From assembly GCA_963713825.1 (NCBI GenBank), contig CAVQNG010000003.1, forward strand, positions 608,001 to 672,000: a stretch of DNA of 64,000 bases, read 5' to 3'. The DNA comes from an uncultured Acidobacteriota bacterium (GTDB lineage Bacteria > Acidobacteriota > Thermoanaerobaculia > Multivoradales > JAHEKO01). Made by a program: the position numbers and the translations under genes. Positions 41,395 to 52,124 of this stretch are shown piece after piece; position 1 is the first letter of the stretch, and every line of letters begins with the position of its first letter. The notes beneath the pieces are model-generated. The model worked only from the letters and a program-made list of their open reading frames with translations. It ran no database searches and had not been told where the DNA came from.

Positions 41395-42781
41395 GACGAA
41401 CGATCCTCTGAAGGGCTATCGTGGCAGAGCGCGGGAACGGCTGCAAGAGTGGGGGGTACGAGTGTGGAGCGAGGTCCGCATCCGCAACGACGAAGACAGC
41501 ACCTTCGAAGGCGTCATCCTGCCTCGCAGCGAGACCTCTGACGATCTGCACGTTGTCCTGAAACTGGCGACAGGCTACAACGTCGGTCTCCATATCGATC
41601 GCATCCGCGAGGTCGAGGAGTTGGGATTCAAGGAGGCCGTCTACAAGATTCCGGAACAGGAGTTTCCTCACAGCCCCGACCTGCCGAAGGTCACCCTTCT
41701 GGGCACCGGCGGCACCATCGCCTCCCGCCTGGATTATCGAACAGGAGCGGTCATTCCGGCTTTCACCCCTGGTGAGCTTTACGGCGCCGTTCCCGAGTTG
41801 GCAGATCTCTGCAACCTGACGACCCGAAAGATCTTCGGGGTCTTCTCCGAGAACATGGGCTGGGAGGAGTACGCCACCCTGGCGCAGGCCATCGGCGACG
41901 AGATCGAGGCCGGCGTCGACGGCGTCGTCATCGGGCACGGCACCGACACCATGGGCCACACCGCCGCTGTGCTCAGTTTCATGGTCCAGAACAGCCCTGT
42001 TCCCATCGTCGTGGTAGGGAGCCAGAGAAGCTCCGATCGCCCCTCGAGCGACGCAGCGCTGAACCTGATCCACGCCGTGCGCTCGGCGGCCTACGGAGAC
42101 ATCGCTGAAGTCCAGATCTGTATGTTCGGTCCGACTTCCGACCAATACGGCTTACTGCATCGCGGCACCCGCTGTCGCAAAATGCACAGCTCGTATCGCA
42201 GCACCTTTCGCACCGTCGGCGATATTCCCCTTTGCCGGGTAAGCGCCACCGACTTCGGCACGCTGACCCATGAGTACCTACCCCGCAATCCTCACAGACG
42301 GGTGAAGATCGACCCTCGCTACGACGATCGTGTAACGATTCTCTACTACTATCCGGGAATGAAGGCCGATGTCGTGGATGCCCTGGTCGAACAGGACTAC
42401 AAGGGCATTGTCATCGCCGGCACCGGTCTCGGCCACGTCAACAAACCGGTCTTTCCGGCGCTCGAGCGAGCCATCGCCAAAGGTGTCCACGTAGTCATGA
42501 CCGTACAGACTCTCTGGGGCTATGCCCAAATGTACGTCTATGACACGGGTCGCGACCTGCTGGACATCGGCGTCGTGCCGCTCGACAACATGCTGCCGGA
42601 AACGGCACTCATGAAGCTGGGGTGGGTGCTGGGTCATACCCACGATCACGACGAGGTGCGGGAGATGATGCGGCACTCCTACAGCCATGAAATCACCGAA
42701 CGGGAACCCCACAATGGGTATCTCATCCTGCAGGGAGGCCTCCCCGAGACCGAGGAATACATCCTCAGTCAGTGGAAGTAG
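41387..42781 (+). CDS. gatD: Glu-tRNA(Gln) amidotransferase subunit D (asparaginase-like glutaminase)
   Basis: N-terminal VLKLATGYNVG domain, TGGTIASRLDYRTGAV, HGTDTM, GSQRSSDRPSSD, RKMHSS, VYDTGRDL and MLPETA; 8-nt overlap with gatE. Confidence 0.92.
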   Translation: MTETNDPLKGYRGRARERLQEWGVRVWSEVRIRNDEDSTFEGVILPRSETSDDLHVVLKLATGYNVGLHIDRIREVEELGFKEAVYKIPEQEFPHSPDLPKVTLLGTGGTIASRLDYRTGAVIPAFTPGELYGAVPELADLCNLTTRKIFGVFSENMGWEEYATLAQAIGDEIEAGVDGVVIGHGTDTMGHTAAVLSFMVQNSPVPIVVVGSQRSSDRPSSDAALNLIHAVRSAAYGDIAEVQICMFGPTSDQYGLLHRGTRCRKMHSSYRSTFRTVGDIPLCRVSATDFGTLTHEYLPRNPHRRVKIDPRYDDRVTILYYYPGMKADVVDALVEQDYKGIVIAGTGLGHVNKPVFPALERAIAKGVHVVMTVQTLWGYAQMYVYDTGRDLLDIGVVPLDNMLPETALMKLGWVLGHTHDHDEVREMMRHSYSHEITEREPHNGYLILQGGLPETEEYILSQWK

Positions 42782-42797
42782 GAATTTTCCTCAGAAC

Positions 42798-45032
42798 TCA
42801 ATCTTGGATCGTGAACTTTGTGGTGCGGGTCTGGGCGGTGTCATTTCCCGGCCCGTTAGCCCTGACTTCGAGTCGGTAGTCACCCGCTTCCAACCCTTGC
42901 GTCGAGAAGGTGCCGGGAATCCACCGAGTGCCACCGAAACCGGTTGGCAGGGATTCGTGCCAGCGCACCTCTGGCGTCTCGACCGGCTCGCCGCCCAGAG
43001 TCAGGATCCGGGCCTCGATACCTGGGCGTACGTTTCCCGAGGTCAAAACCGGTACCAGAATCGAGGCCTGAGTGCCGGTTCCCAGCGCCGGGCTCACCCA
43101 GGGCATGAACCGGCTCTCACCAGCAACCAGGAGATCGCCGCTCCCGGCGCTCTGGGTTGAAGGGTCCGTCACCATGAGCCACTGTCCAGAGTCGTCGACA
43201 AACAAGGGGGCGCCAACATGAAGCGCCAGCTCTGGCGCCTCGGGGACCAACAACCGGGTCGTCGATAACGAAACTTCGCCACTCCTCAGGTTGCGAACCA
43301 TGACTCGGAGCTGGTAATCACCCGGAGGCAAGTCGAGCTCGCCGAAAAACCGCACTCCTCCATTGCCCAGGTGCTTCTCCAACTCCCCCAGGTCGAGCTG
43401 AAAACCACTGGCGAAGAAGCCCTGTACTTTCCAGTCCCCGTCGATGGCAAAAACCTGGATCTCGAGAGCCGACTTGTCTTTGCTCCGCTTGCGCTCCGGC
43501 GAAAGGTCTTCCCATGGCAGATCCACCAGCACTGGCACACGCCAGCGACCGTCCTCCAGCACCAAGGGCTCAGCGAGCGTGGCAATCTGCAGCTCCTCGA
43601 CCTCTTCGGCGGTCAGCACCATCTCGGCGGCATCGACGCGCCACTCCGACAATAATCGGTCCCGAGTCGGTTCGGGTGCATAGTAGCCCGGCCGATGAAA
43701 AATCTTGGCGCGGCGCAGGGGGGTCGCGAGCCGCACCTCGATCTCGTGATACTGCCCATCCCATTCCAGGTCCTGCGGCTGAAAGCTCAAGACGTAGCTC
43801 GCCCCGGTTCGCCGCAGCACCCGTGCTGTGGCCTGGCTGAGGTCGTTGAAGTTCTCCTGCAGCTCACCCCCTGTCTCCTTGGCCAGGTAGAGCAAGGAAT
43901 CGGCAGAGTAACCTCGCCGCTGTCGGGCCTCGGGAATCCCGCTCACATCCACGGCATAGACAGTCCAGCCGCTATTGCGAATGCCGCGGAGCAGCTCCTG
44001 AAGGTAGCCGAGACCCAGGGCGTCCCTCAAGAGACTGTTGTCGAAGCCCTCGGACAAGAGAACGAACTGCTTCTCGCCCGTGATCTCTCTCAGTAGCGTG
44101 AAGAGCTCCGCCAGAGACCGAGACATCGCTCGCAGATTGCTCATGTCGGGCCCACCAGCAAGCTGCGGCGCCAGGTCGATTGGCTTCTGCGCGGCAATCT
44201 GAACCCATCGGACCTCTTTCTTGTAGGCACCGACTGACCCGCCCTGCTCCCCCGCGCCCGGGACCTCCGGGCCGCCACTCGTCGGCACGGCGATGGCTAC
44301 GGAGGGACTCACCAGGGCCAGAGCCGCCGTCGCACCGAGCTCCTCGGTCAGGCGTTGAAAGACCTGCACCGAAGAATCCGCAGCCCCGTCGTTGGCGCCG
44401 AAGCGAAGCTGATTCAGGTGCTCGATGATCGAGCGCTGTGCCTGTCGATCTGCTTCCAGGATCGCTCCGACCAGATCGAGGGCGGCCGATAGCTCCTCCG
44501 GTTCGTTGGTAAAGCCGATCAGAAGAGTCAGACCCGAGAGCTTGCCATAGGTGGCGACTGCCACCCGATCCATGGGATGAAGCTGGCTCGAGGCCATTTT
44601 CCGGACCGCCTTCAGGGAACGCGCGAGATACTGCCGGCGAGTGCTGCTGAAATCGAAGAGGACCAAGAGGCGGCGACCTGCCGCCCGAGTCTCCAGAGGC
44701 TCGCTTGTCGGCGGCAGGCTCTCGAACCGAGCCAGCACCTGTGACTCGAAGGCCGTGATCTCCTGCAACTCTCCCTGGTCGTAGATCTCGAAGTCGTCCT
44801 TCGTCAGCCCGGCGATCGGCTCACCCTTGACGAGAACTCGGACCGGAACCTCCACAACCGTCACTTCAAGTGTTTCGGAGTACTGATCCGAGGACAGAGG
44901 TGAATCCTCAGGGGTCACCTGGGCGTCGAGCAGAGCGGGCAACACCCCGGCTGAGATGCAAAGTGCACCGAGTCCTATCGTGACCACATCTCTCCACCTA
45001 GATCCCATATCAGCTGGCTTCATGCAATCCAT
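42798..45032 (-). CDS. Acidobacterial VWFA-related domain protein
   Basis: EVTVVEVPVRV...GLTKDDFEIYDQG, LFDFSS, KQFVLLSEG, LAKETGG, YHEIEVRL...HRPGYYAP; start uncertain. Confidence 0.85.
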   Translation of the reverse strand: MDCMKPADMGSRWRDVVTIGLGALCISAGVLPALLDAQVTPEDSPLSSDQYSETLEVTVVEVPVRVLVKGEPIAGLTKDDFEIYDQGELQEITAFESQVLARFESLPPTSEPLETRAAGRRLLVLFDFSSTRRQYLARSLKAVRKMASSQLHPMDRVAVATYGKLSGLTLLIGFTNEPEELSAALDLVGAILEADRQAQRSIIEHLNQLRFGANDGAADSSVQVFQRLTEELGATAALALVSPSVAIAVPTSGGPEVPGAGEQGGSVGAYKKEVRWVQIAAQKPIDLAPQLAGGPDMSNLRAMSRSLAELFTLLREITGEKQFVLLSEGFDNSLLRDALGLGYLQELLRGIRNSGWTVYAVDVSGIPEARQRRGYSADSLLYLAKETGGELQENFNDLSQATARVLRRTGASYVLSFQPQDLEWDGQYHEIEVRLATPLRRAKIFHRPGYYAPEPTRDRLLSEWRVDAAEMVLTAEEVEELQIATLAEPLVLEDGRWRVPVLVDLPWEDLSPERKRSKDKSALEIQVFAIDGDWKVQGFFASGFQLDLGELEKHLGNGGVRFFGELDLPPGDYQLRVMVRNLRSGEVSLSTTRLLVPEAPELALHVGAPLFVDDSGQWLMVTDPSTQSAGSGDLLVAGESRFMPWVSPALGTGTQASILVPVLTSGNVRPGIEARILTLGGEPVETPEVRWHESLPTGFGGTRWIPGTFSTQGLEAGDYRLEVRANGPGNDTAQTRTTKFTIQD

Positions 45033-45101
45033 GGGCCGGCCTCCTCACCAAACCTATACCCCTCCCAGGAGGACCAGCTCCACGCGGAGTAGAATGAGAG
45101 C

Positions 45102-45371
45102 ATGAAGACCATCGTCAACAAGACGCCGTCACCGGTTCGGGTGCCGTTGCCCAGGGGAAAGGTCCTCCACCTCGGACCGCTCAAGAGCGGTCAGGTCTCT
45201 CACAAGGTTCTCGATCATGAACCCCTTCGCGAGATGATCGAAGCAGGCCAGATCGAGATCCAGGGCGACGGCCCGGGGGTGGACGCGACTCACGAGCGTT
45301 CGAGAGGTCCCAACGTGAAGACTCGGGGGCATCACCCTGCTACCAGCTCGCCGGTCAAAGGCGACCGCTAG
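45102..45371 (+). CDS. Hypothetical protein (89 aa)
   Basis: MKTIVNKTPSPVRVPLPRGKVLHLGP...; fills the gap, with plausible codon usage. Confidence 0.65.
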   Translation: MKTIVNKTPSPVRVPLPRGKVLHLGPLKSGQVSHKVLDHEPLREMIEAGQIEIQGDGPGVDATHERSRGPNVKTRGHHPATSSPVKGDR

Positions 45372-45383
45372 CCACCCTGACCG

Positions 45384-45767
45384 CTAGCCACGACGAGCCA
45401 TCACCAGAAGCGCGCCGGTGATGTAGGCAATGACCCACCAGCTGTAGGCGAGGCGTGAGTAGCGGTGCAGCCAGTCGGGAACGAGGGCTTCCCCCGCCTC
45501 GAGGCGATACCTCCAGGCAAAGAAGGTCTCGAGCAACATCGCCGCCAACGACGAGTAGCCGAGAAACCCATGGGCCGTAAACGGACCCTTCGAGGAGCCT
45601 GTGATCATGCAGGCCGTGGCGATGATGTCGAAGGTCACCCCCGCTGTCAGAAAGACAAGCACGCGCTTGGTGATGCGGCGGCCGCGCTGCTCCGAAACGA
45701 TGCCGATGGTGTAGAAGATCAGCGCCAAATTGACGATCAGGGTGCCAGCCATCAGTACGGGGCTCAT
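45384..45767 (-). CDS. Four-TM membrane protein (HsmA/TIGR03987-like)
   Basis: ALIFYTIGI.SE, GVTFDIIAT..M, HGFLGYSSL and WWVIAYITGA. Confidence 0.7.
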   Translation of the reverse strand: MSPVLMAGTLIVNLALIFYTIGIVSEQRGRRITKRVLVFLTAGVTFDIIATACMITGSSKGPFTAHGFLGYSSLAAMLLETFFAWRYRLEAGEALVPDWLHRYSRLAYSWWVIAYITGALLVMARRG

Positions 45768-45823
45768 CGTGGGTCTCCTGGGAACTTGCGGACTTGGGGG
45801 CTTAGGGGCTGCAACAGCGTGGC

Positions 45824-46294
45824 CTACTCCTTCTTGCCGAAGAAAGCTGCGACAAGAAGACAGGCGCCGATCAGCACGAGAATGAGCTGCCAGTTCTCGA
45901 ATAGATAGGAGGCCACGTCATCCGTCTGGGGAATCGAAGTGAGAATCAGGGCGGCACCCGGAATCAGGGGCCAGAACTGTCGCCGCTTCTCAATCAGAAA
46001 GCCCAGTACCCAGATCGCGACAAATCCCAATCCCAGGCCGAGAAGCGTGCTGTCGGCCGAGGGGTCGATCCACCCCTCTCCAGTGCTTCCCAGACCCAGG
46101 CCGAGGAGCAGGCAACCGGGGATCAGCAGCCCGAACTGTCGCTTGTAGAAGTAGCCACCCAGAAAAGCGGCACCAAGGATGAGCAGCACCGCCTCATCCC
46201 CGATGCTGGTGTAGTGTTGCTGAAGATAAAGGCCTACTCCGACAACGATCAGAACCAAGCCGGCCCCGATCCGTCGTTGCCTCAAGTCGCCCAT
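45824..46294 (-). CDS. Membrane protein (LiaF-TM-like)
   Basis: Repeated GLLIPG/WPLIPG hydrophobic segments. Confidence 0.7.
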   Translation of the reverse strand: MGDLRQRRIGAGLVLIVVGVGLYLQQHYTSIGDEAVLLILGAAFLGGYFYKRQFGLLIPGCLLLGLGLGSTGEGWIDPSADSTLLGLGLGFVAIWVLGFLIEKRRQFWPLIPGAALILTSIPQTDDVASYLFENWQLILVLIGACLLVAAFFGKKE

Positions 46295-46301
46295 CGCCAG
46301 C

Positions 46302-46835
46302 CTAGTCGACGGCCGTGATCGTCACGGGAACAGCCAGCTTCTCCCATCGAAGCACCACGTCGGACTCATCGATCTCGAACATCATGCTCTCGACGAATTC
46401 CGCGGCTTCCGGCTCCACCGTCACCCTGAGGGCATCCTCACCTTCGTCGTATTTCATAGCGCCCCATTGCTCCGGCACCTTGTTGAAGATGACCACCCAC
46501 TCGGACTCACCCGGGATCGTGAACAGGCCATAGGTACCGGCGGCAAGCGCTTTGCCCTCGACCATCACGTCCTTGTTGATGGAGATCGTGGTGGCCTCGT
46601 TGGCACCGGTCCGCCAGACCTTGTCGTAGGGAACCAGACCTCCCCAGATGGCGCGGCTCTTGACGTTCGGGCTACCGTACTCCAGTGTCACGTCGATCCC
46701 ATCGACGCTGCCTTCGGTCTTGCCGTTCTTGCTCGCCCGATCCGCGTCGTCTCCCCTCTCGGCCATCGACGGAACGACTGCCAACAGCGAGATCATCACC
46801 AGGACCACAAAGATACTGCTCTTACTGCACCGCAT
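46302..46835 (-). CDS. DUF2911 domain secreted protein
   Basis: YGSPNVKSRAIWGGLVPYDKVWRTGANEAT, GTYGLFTIP and QWGAMKYD. Confidence 0.9.
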   Translation of the reverse strand: MRCSKSSIFVVLVMISLLAVVPSMAERGDDADRASKNGKTEGSVDGIDVTLEYGSPNVKSRAIWGGLVPYDKVWRTGANEATTISINKDVMVEGKALAAGTYGLFTIPGESEWVVIFNKVPEQWGAMKYDEGEDALRVTVEPEAAEFVESMMFEIDESDVVLRWEKLAVPVTITAVD

Positions 46836-46948
46836 ACGACACCTCCTGGGCGTTCAACCCTAGCTTTCTTGAATGTTTCGATTGGTATTCGGCTCTTAGC
46901 TGCTGTCAGTGTAACCTAGGACCGCCTCGAATCCCACCGGAGAATCCA

Positions 46949-48259
46949 ATGCCCGTCAGACTCAAGATCGGATTCAGCCTGGCCGCGCTGCTTGCGCTGT
47001 CGCTCGCCGCCTGCCAGTCGGTCGAGCCACTAGGAGATTCCATGGACGAGATCGCGGAGTCCTTCGTCAAATTGGTACTGGCAGTCGGCCAGCACGACGT
47101 CGACTACGTCGATGCCTACTTCGGGCCCGAAGAATGGCGAACCGAGGCCCAGGAGTCAGCCCTGAGCTTGGAGGAAGTTCGACAGCGAGCGATTGCCGCC
47201 ATGGAGGCCCTACAGTCGCTCGACTCGGAGCCCGATGACGACCTTGCAGCAGCTCGCCGTCTCTTTATGGGCAAGAGCCTCGAATCGCTCATCGCGCGGG
47301 TCGATCTGCTCGCCGACAAACCGATGACGTTCGATCAAGAGTCGGTCGCCCTCTACGACGCTGCGGCCCCAACCCTTTCTGCCGAGCACTTTCAAGCAAT
47401 CCTGGCCCAACTCGGTGCGCGTTTGCCCGGTGAGGGCCCTATCCTCGAGCGTTTCGAAGCCTTCAGAAAGGACTACATCATCCCGCCCGAGCGCCTCGAT
47501 GACGTATTCCAGGCAGCTATCGATGCCTGCCGTCAGGAGACCCGCAAGCACATCGATCTGCCCAAGGACGAGAGCTTCACAGTCGAATACGTGACGGACA
47601 AGTCCTGGAGCGGTTACAACTGGTACAAGGGTGGCTACCAGAGCCTCATCCAGGTCAACACCGATCTGCCCATCTACATCGATCGCGCCCTCGATCTCGC
47701 CTGTCATGAGGGCTACCCGGGCCATCATGTCTACAACCTCCTGCTGGAACGGGAGATGGTCGAGAAGCGCGGTTGGATGGAGTTCACGATCTACCCGCTT
47801 TTCAGCCCCCGCTCCTTCCTGGCAGAGGGCACAGCCAACTTCGGTATCGATGTGACCTTTCCCTCGGACAAGCGTCTCGAGCTCGAAGAGACGGTCCTCT
47901 TTCCGCTGGCCGGCCTCGACCCTGGCCGAGCTGGCGAGTACTACGAGGTTCAGGATCTCGCCAAACAGCTGGGGTTCGCCGGCAATGAGGCCGCACGCGG
48001 CTATCTGGATGGAACCATGGACGCCGAGCAGGCGGTCGATTGGCTGACGACCTACTCCTTGATGAGTCGCCCCCGTGCCGAGCAGCGCCTGCGCTTCATC
48101 GAGCAGTATCGGAGCTATGTGATCAACTACAACCTTGGCCAGGAGATGGTTGCTCGGCACATCGAGAGCCATGGAGGCACCCCGGATCAGCCCGAGGAGC
48201 GGTGGCGGCTGTTCACCAATCTGATCTCGAGGCCGGCGGTGGCCTCGGAGCTCGACTGA
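46949..48259 (+). CDS. Lipoprotein, DUF885-like putative metallopeptidase
   Basis: Lipobox LAAC; YVDAYFGP, WSGYNWYKG, ACHEGYPGHH, AEGTAN and YRSYVINYNLG. Confidence 0.8.
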   Translation: MPVRLKIGFSLAALLALSLAACQSVEPLGDSMDEIAESFVKLVLAVGQHDVDYVDAYFGPEEWRTEAQESALSLEEVRQRAIAAMEALQSLDSEPDDDLAAARRLFMGKSLESLIARVDLLADKPMTFDQESVALYDAAAPTLSAEHFQAILAQLGARLPGEGPILERFEAFRKDYIIPPERLDDVFQAAIDACRQETRKHIDLPKDESFTVEYVTDKSWSGYNWYKGGYQSLIQVNTDLPIYIDRALDLACHEGYPGHHVYNLLLEREMVEKRGWMEFTIYPLFSPRSFLAEGTANFGIDVTFPSDKRLELEETVLFPLAGLDPGRAGEYYEVQDLAKQLGFAGNEAARGYLDGTMDAEQAVDWLTTYSLMSRPRAEQRLRFIEQYRSYVINYNLGQEMVARHIESHGGTPDQPEERWRLFTNLISRPAVASELD

Positions 48260-48282
48260 GAGAATCGTCAGCAATTCGAGTC

Positions 48283-48492
48283 ATGCCACAACCGACCGAC
48301 AGCTACGGCGAATTCGAAGTCAGCGAGCTCTACTGCGCCAAGTGCAAGCGGGCAACGCCCGTGCGCAAGCGTTTGCTCCTGGTACTGCCCTCCGGTAACA
48401 AGTTCGACTATCTCTGCTCGGTCTGCGGTAACTCGGTCGGCTCCAAGATGGACGACGACACCTCCTCCTTTACCATCCTGCCGCCCAAGTGA
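48283..48492 (+). CDS. Small zinc-ribbon protein (69 aa)
   Basis: LYCAKCKRATPVRKRLLLVLPSGNKFDYLCSVCGNSVG: two CxxC motifs. Confidence 0.75.
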   Translation: MPQPTDSYGEFEVSELYCAKCKRATPVRKRLLLVLPSGNKFDYLCSVCGNSVGSKMDDDTSSFTILPPK

Positions 48493-48513
48493 TCGAGCGA
48501 CTCGCCTTCCATG

Positions 48514-48710
48514 AGAGGCCCGTCCGGGTGGTTCGCAGGGGGACGGCGTCGGCTACTCAGACTGCGGCGGGGGGCCGCCACCTCGTCTCGTCATCGCGCC
48601 CCATCTCCTGTGCCCTATCAAGGTCCTTGCGCCGCGCTCGACTCGGCGCCCCCTAGCGAACCACCCGAACGAACCTCTGGCGCAGCTGAAGGCAGTAGGG
48701 GCGTAGGGGG
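48514..48710 (+). repeat. MITE-like element (165-bp core with inverted ends) plus a CCCCTAC-type tail
   Basis: Left end AGAGGCCCGTCCGGGTGGTTCGCAGGGGG, right end CCCCCTAGCGAACCACCCGAACGAACCTCT (ends 48678); homologous to 9000..9205. Confidence 0.7.
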
Positions 48711-48841
48711 TGAGTCAGCAATCCGATTCGTGCTGTGTCTCGAAGGTGGTAGATCGGGCCATGGGTCTCCCTCGTCGGAGGGGCATGGTCGGGTGAGGCC
48801 GCAGACGGGGGAGATCCCTGGGTCGATCGGCCCTCTCAGCT

Positions 48842-48935
48842 CCAAGCCCTCAAGGACCGGCTGGAGCAAGCGACGGCCGCCTCACCCTCAAGCCCTCAAA
48901 GAACGCCCGGAGGTACGACGGGCGCCTCAACCCCC
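48842..48935 (+). repeat. Linker-plus-hairpin intergenic repeat, copy F
   Basis: CCAAGCCCTCAAGGA-hairpin-CCTCACCCTCAAGCCCTCAAAGAA-CGCCCG-N9-CGGGCG-CCTCAACCCCC, ending next to the stop of the convergent gene. Confidence 0.8.
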
Positions 48936-48938
48936 TTC

Positions 48939-51645
48939 TCAGTCCACGATGACGCGGAAGCCGATGTAGGCGGGGTCGGGAGGCTCGGTTTCGGAGGCGC
49001 GGTCCGCGCTCGGCCCGACTGCCTCGCCTTCACCATTCCCATTGGTTGCCCACTCTGCTGCATTGCCGTCGAGATCGAAGATCGGGTCATGGCCCGATCC
49101 TGCCAGACTGCCCACCGGCTTCAGGAGCGAAAGATCCGGATGTGCGGCCAAGGCCTCTAGAATCGCGGCTCGATCTTCCGGGTTCGGACTGTAGTCGGCC
49201 CATCGATCCAGGGTGTTGCCGGAGGTCCCTGCAATTGCCATGAGCTTCTTGGCTTCGGCGACTGCAGGCAGGCGAAAGGGCTGACCCGTGATTCCGGTCA
49301 ACCAGCTCGCATACTCGACCGCCTGAGCATGGGAGACTCCTGTCATCGGCAAGTTCTCCTCTCCCGGCCGACATCTCGGTGGTCGGATCGAACGCTGCAT
49401 ATTGCGCCCGGGTGACTTCGAAACGCCCCACCTCCACGCCGTTGAAACTGACGGTCTCAGGCGTTGGCTTACCGCCCTTCTCCAGGCCATAGGCGTGATC
49501 CATCCGGGCCGCACCGCCCGTCGCCAACAGACCAGCCAACGGGGAGTTCTCCTTGATCGCGCCGCCGCCCTCTTCGTCCACACCAAACAGGTGGAGATCG
49601 AACCAAGCGAGATCCTCTTCGATCTTGCGCCGCTGATGGGCGGGCTTTTGCAGGCTGTGCGGCTCATCCGGATAAAGCAGGAGCTTGGTCGGCGCCTTGC
49701 CTTCCTGTTGGAGCACCCGAAAGAGAGACCACGACTGGTGCGGTGGCACATTGCGATCAGCCGTGCCGGTGTGAACCAGGGTCGGCGTGGTCACCTCGTG
49801 CAATCGGAAGAACGGTGACTTTTCCAGATAGACCTCCGGTTTCTCCCACGGAGTACCACCGAAATAGTAGTTATCGAAGGCTGCCCCGAAATCGACGTTT
49901 GCCCAATCCGAGAACCACTCCACGTCCGCCGCGCCGATGATGGCTGCCCGATAGCGTCGAGTCTCCGTGATGAGTGCCGCCGTCAAGATTCCCCCGTTGC
50001 TCCAGCCACTGGACGCCAGCCTGTCCGCATCGACCAGACCGCTTCGAAGCACCGCGTCGACCCCGAGTTCGATGTCGGGAACCTCGAGATCGTAGTATTT
50101 GCCCTCGCCGATCGACTCCACCCAGTCGAGGCCATAGTTCGAGCTGCCGTGGTAGTTGACCTGCAGCACGAAGGCGCCCCTCTGACGCCACAGAATGTTG
50201 GGGTCGTGCCAGTCGGAATCCCAGGTGTCCCGATCGACACCGGTCGGTCCGCCATGGATATCGAGGAGCAGAGGGTACTTCCTACCTTCCTCCCAGCCGA
50301 GCGGATAGTGGAGGAGACCCTCCACCTCCTCGCCCAGTGCCCCCTTCCAACGAAGCACTTCGGTGCGACCGGTGGTCTTTCCGGCGAAACTCGGATTGAG
50401 ATCGCTGAGCCTCTGAACCTGTTCGACCCGGGCACCATTCAACACGGCTCCGTACCACTGCCCAGGCACGTTCGCTGTCGAGTACTCGTAGGCAATTCGG
50501 GACCCGTCGGGAGAAGCAATCAGCCTGTCCAGATTCGAAATGTGTTCCCCCGTCAGATCGGTTCGGTTCCAATCGGCCCCATGGCGATCGATCCGGGCCG
50601 CCCGGTAACGCACTCCGTCGGCTAGCAGCACCAACACACCACCCTCTATCGCCTCGTAGCTTCGTCCCACCCCCGAGGGCCAGTCCATTACCACGCGCTC
50701 GGGCTCGCCGGTGTCCAGAGGGTAGTACCAGAGCTCATCGATCGTCGCCGTTCTATAGGTTGGATGGCGAGTGAAACGATCGGTGAAGTAGAAGCCCATT
50801 GAATCCGGCGCCCATTGAATTGCGTTCAGAAGCAACCGTCCATCGACCAATAGGCGTTTCTCCTCGCCCGTCGCCAAATCGACGAGCCGAGCCCGAGGAG
50901 GAGTCTTCTGATCGAACTCGTACGACAGGCTCTGATGCGCCGTTAAGACTGCATGGCGACCGTCTGGGGATACTGCCAGCTCGTTGATCCAATCGCTGTT
51001 GCGCGTCAGTGGTTCGACGTCCGCCCCGCCGAGCCACACCTTGAAGAGACGAACTGGTGGCGTATGCTCCGCGTCGTCCACGATCTGGGAGGTGTCCTTG
51101 GCTTTCTTGCGCTGCTGCTCCCAAAGGCTCGGCGCTTCCTGAGCCGCGATCACCAGGGTCTCATCGTCCACCCAGCCGAAGTCCTCGACACTGCGTTCCA
51201 AGCGTGTCACCGGCCTTGCCTCGCCACCCGAGAGCGCCAGCGCCCAGAGCTGGGTCTTACCCGTCTTGCCTTCCTCTCCGCCGGGTACCGAGCGGTTCGA
51301 CAGAAACGCTACGTGGCGGCCGTCAGGTGAGAACGCCGGGCTGGAGACTCTCTCCTGGCCCCGGGTCAGCTGAACCCGGGAACCGTTCTCCAGTCGACTC
51401 AGCCAGAGCCTCGAGACCTCCTTTTCCTCATCACCGACCTTTTCGACGGACTTCTTGACCCAGACCGCGACACTGCCATCCGGAGACAGTTTCCATCCTT
51501 CGGAGGATTCCGCCAGGACCAGGTCCTCCACGGTCCAGAGCTCTGGCCGCCCGACGTCGCTCCACGCAGGGGTGGACCAGAGCAGGACGATCGCCAGCAA
51601 CGCAGGCCTGATCAACCATCCAACGACAGATACAGAACGTGACAT
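48939..51645 (-). CDS. S9 (prolyl oligopeptidase family) peptidase with beta-propeller, fused to a C-terminal FGE-sulfatase-like domain; frameshift near 49365
   Basis: SPDG propeller repeats, IHGGP, GWSNGG (catalytic Ser), DRNV, EPHS; FEVTRAQY continues in the other frame as LPMTGVS..QA, FRLP, GNAAEW, IGFRV. Confidence 0.82.
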
Positions 51646-52124
51646 GGTGATCCCTCCTCAAGAGACACACAAAACGACAACAGCGACAATCTACCACCGG
51701 CCAACTCGGAGCCGCGCAGGGCGGAAGGCCAGGCATGCCCCCAAAAAGACGGCGCGAAGACCACAGCTGGAAACAGGCGCAGTGACGATGAAGGGTTTGG
51801 GAGCTGAGTTCCGAGCCCCTCGTCGGTGGTATTGGGCCACGCACGAGGCTCTCCCCCGTCGTCCTGGGCCTCCGGCTGGAGACCTCGTACGCGGCCTTGC
51901 ACCTCTGTTAGCTCGAGTCCTCATTGCCTCAGGGCCCCAAGGCCTCACTGCCTTGGCCGCTGCCAGGGGTTCGGCGTGGGGACCTCCATGGGGGTTCTTG
52001 CAGCGGAAGGGAGGATAGCCCCCTGGGGGCCCCACGTCGAACCCCCTCACCATCAGGTCCATTGCCCAGGTCCCAAGCCCCAGGACGCTTTCGCGGGCCA
52101 CCCGGACGAATCTCAGAACGGCGG

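Noticed and set aside
48939-49400. Diversity-generating retroelement target (FGE/CLec fold)
   Set aside because: No template repeat of the 3' end and no reverse transcriptase seen in the window
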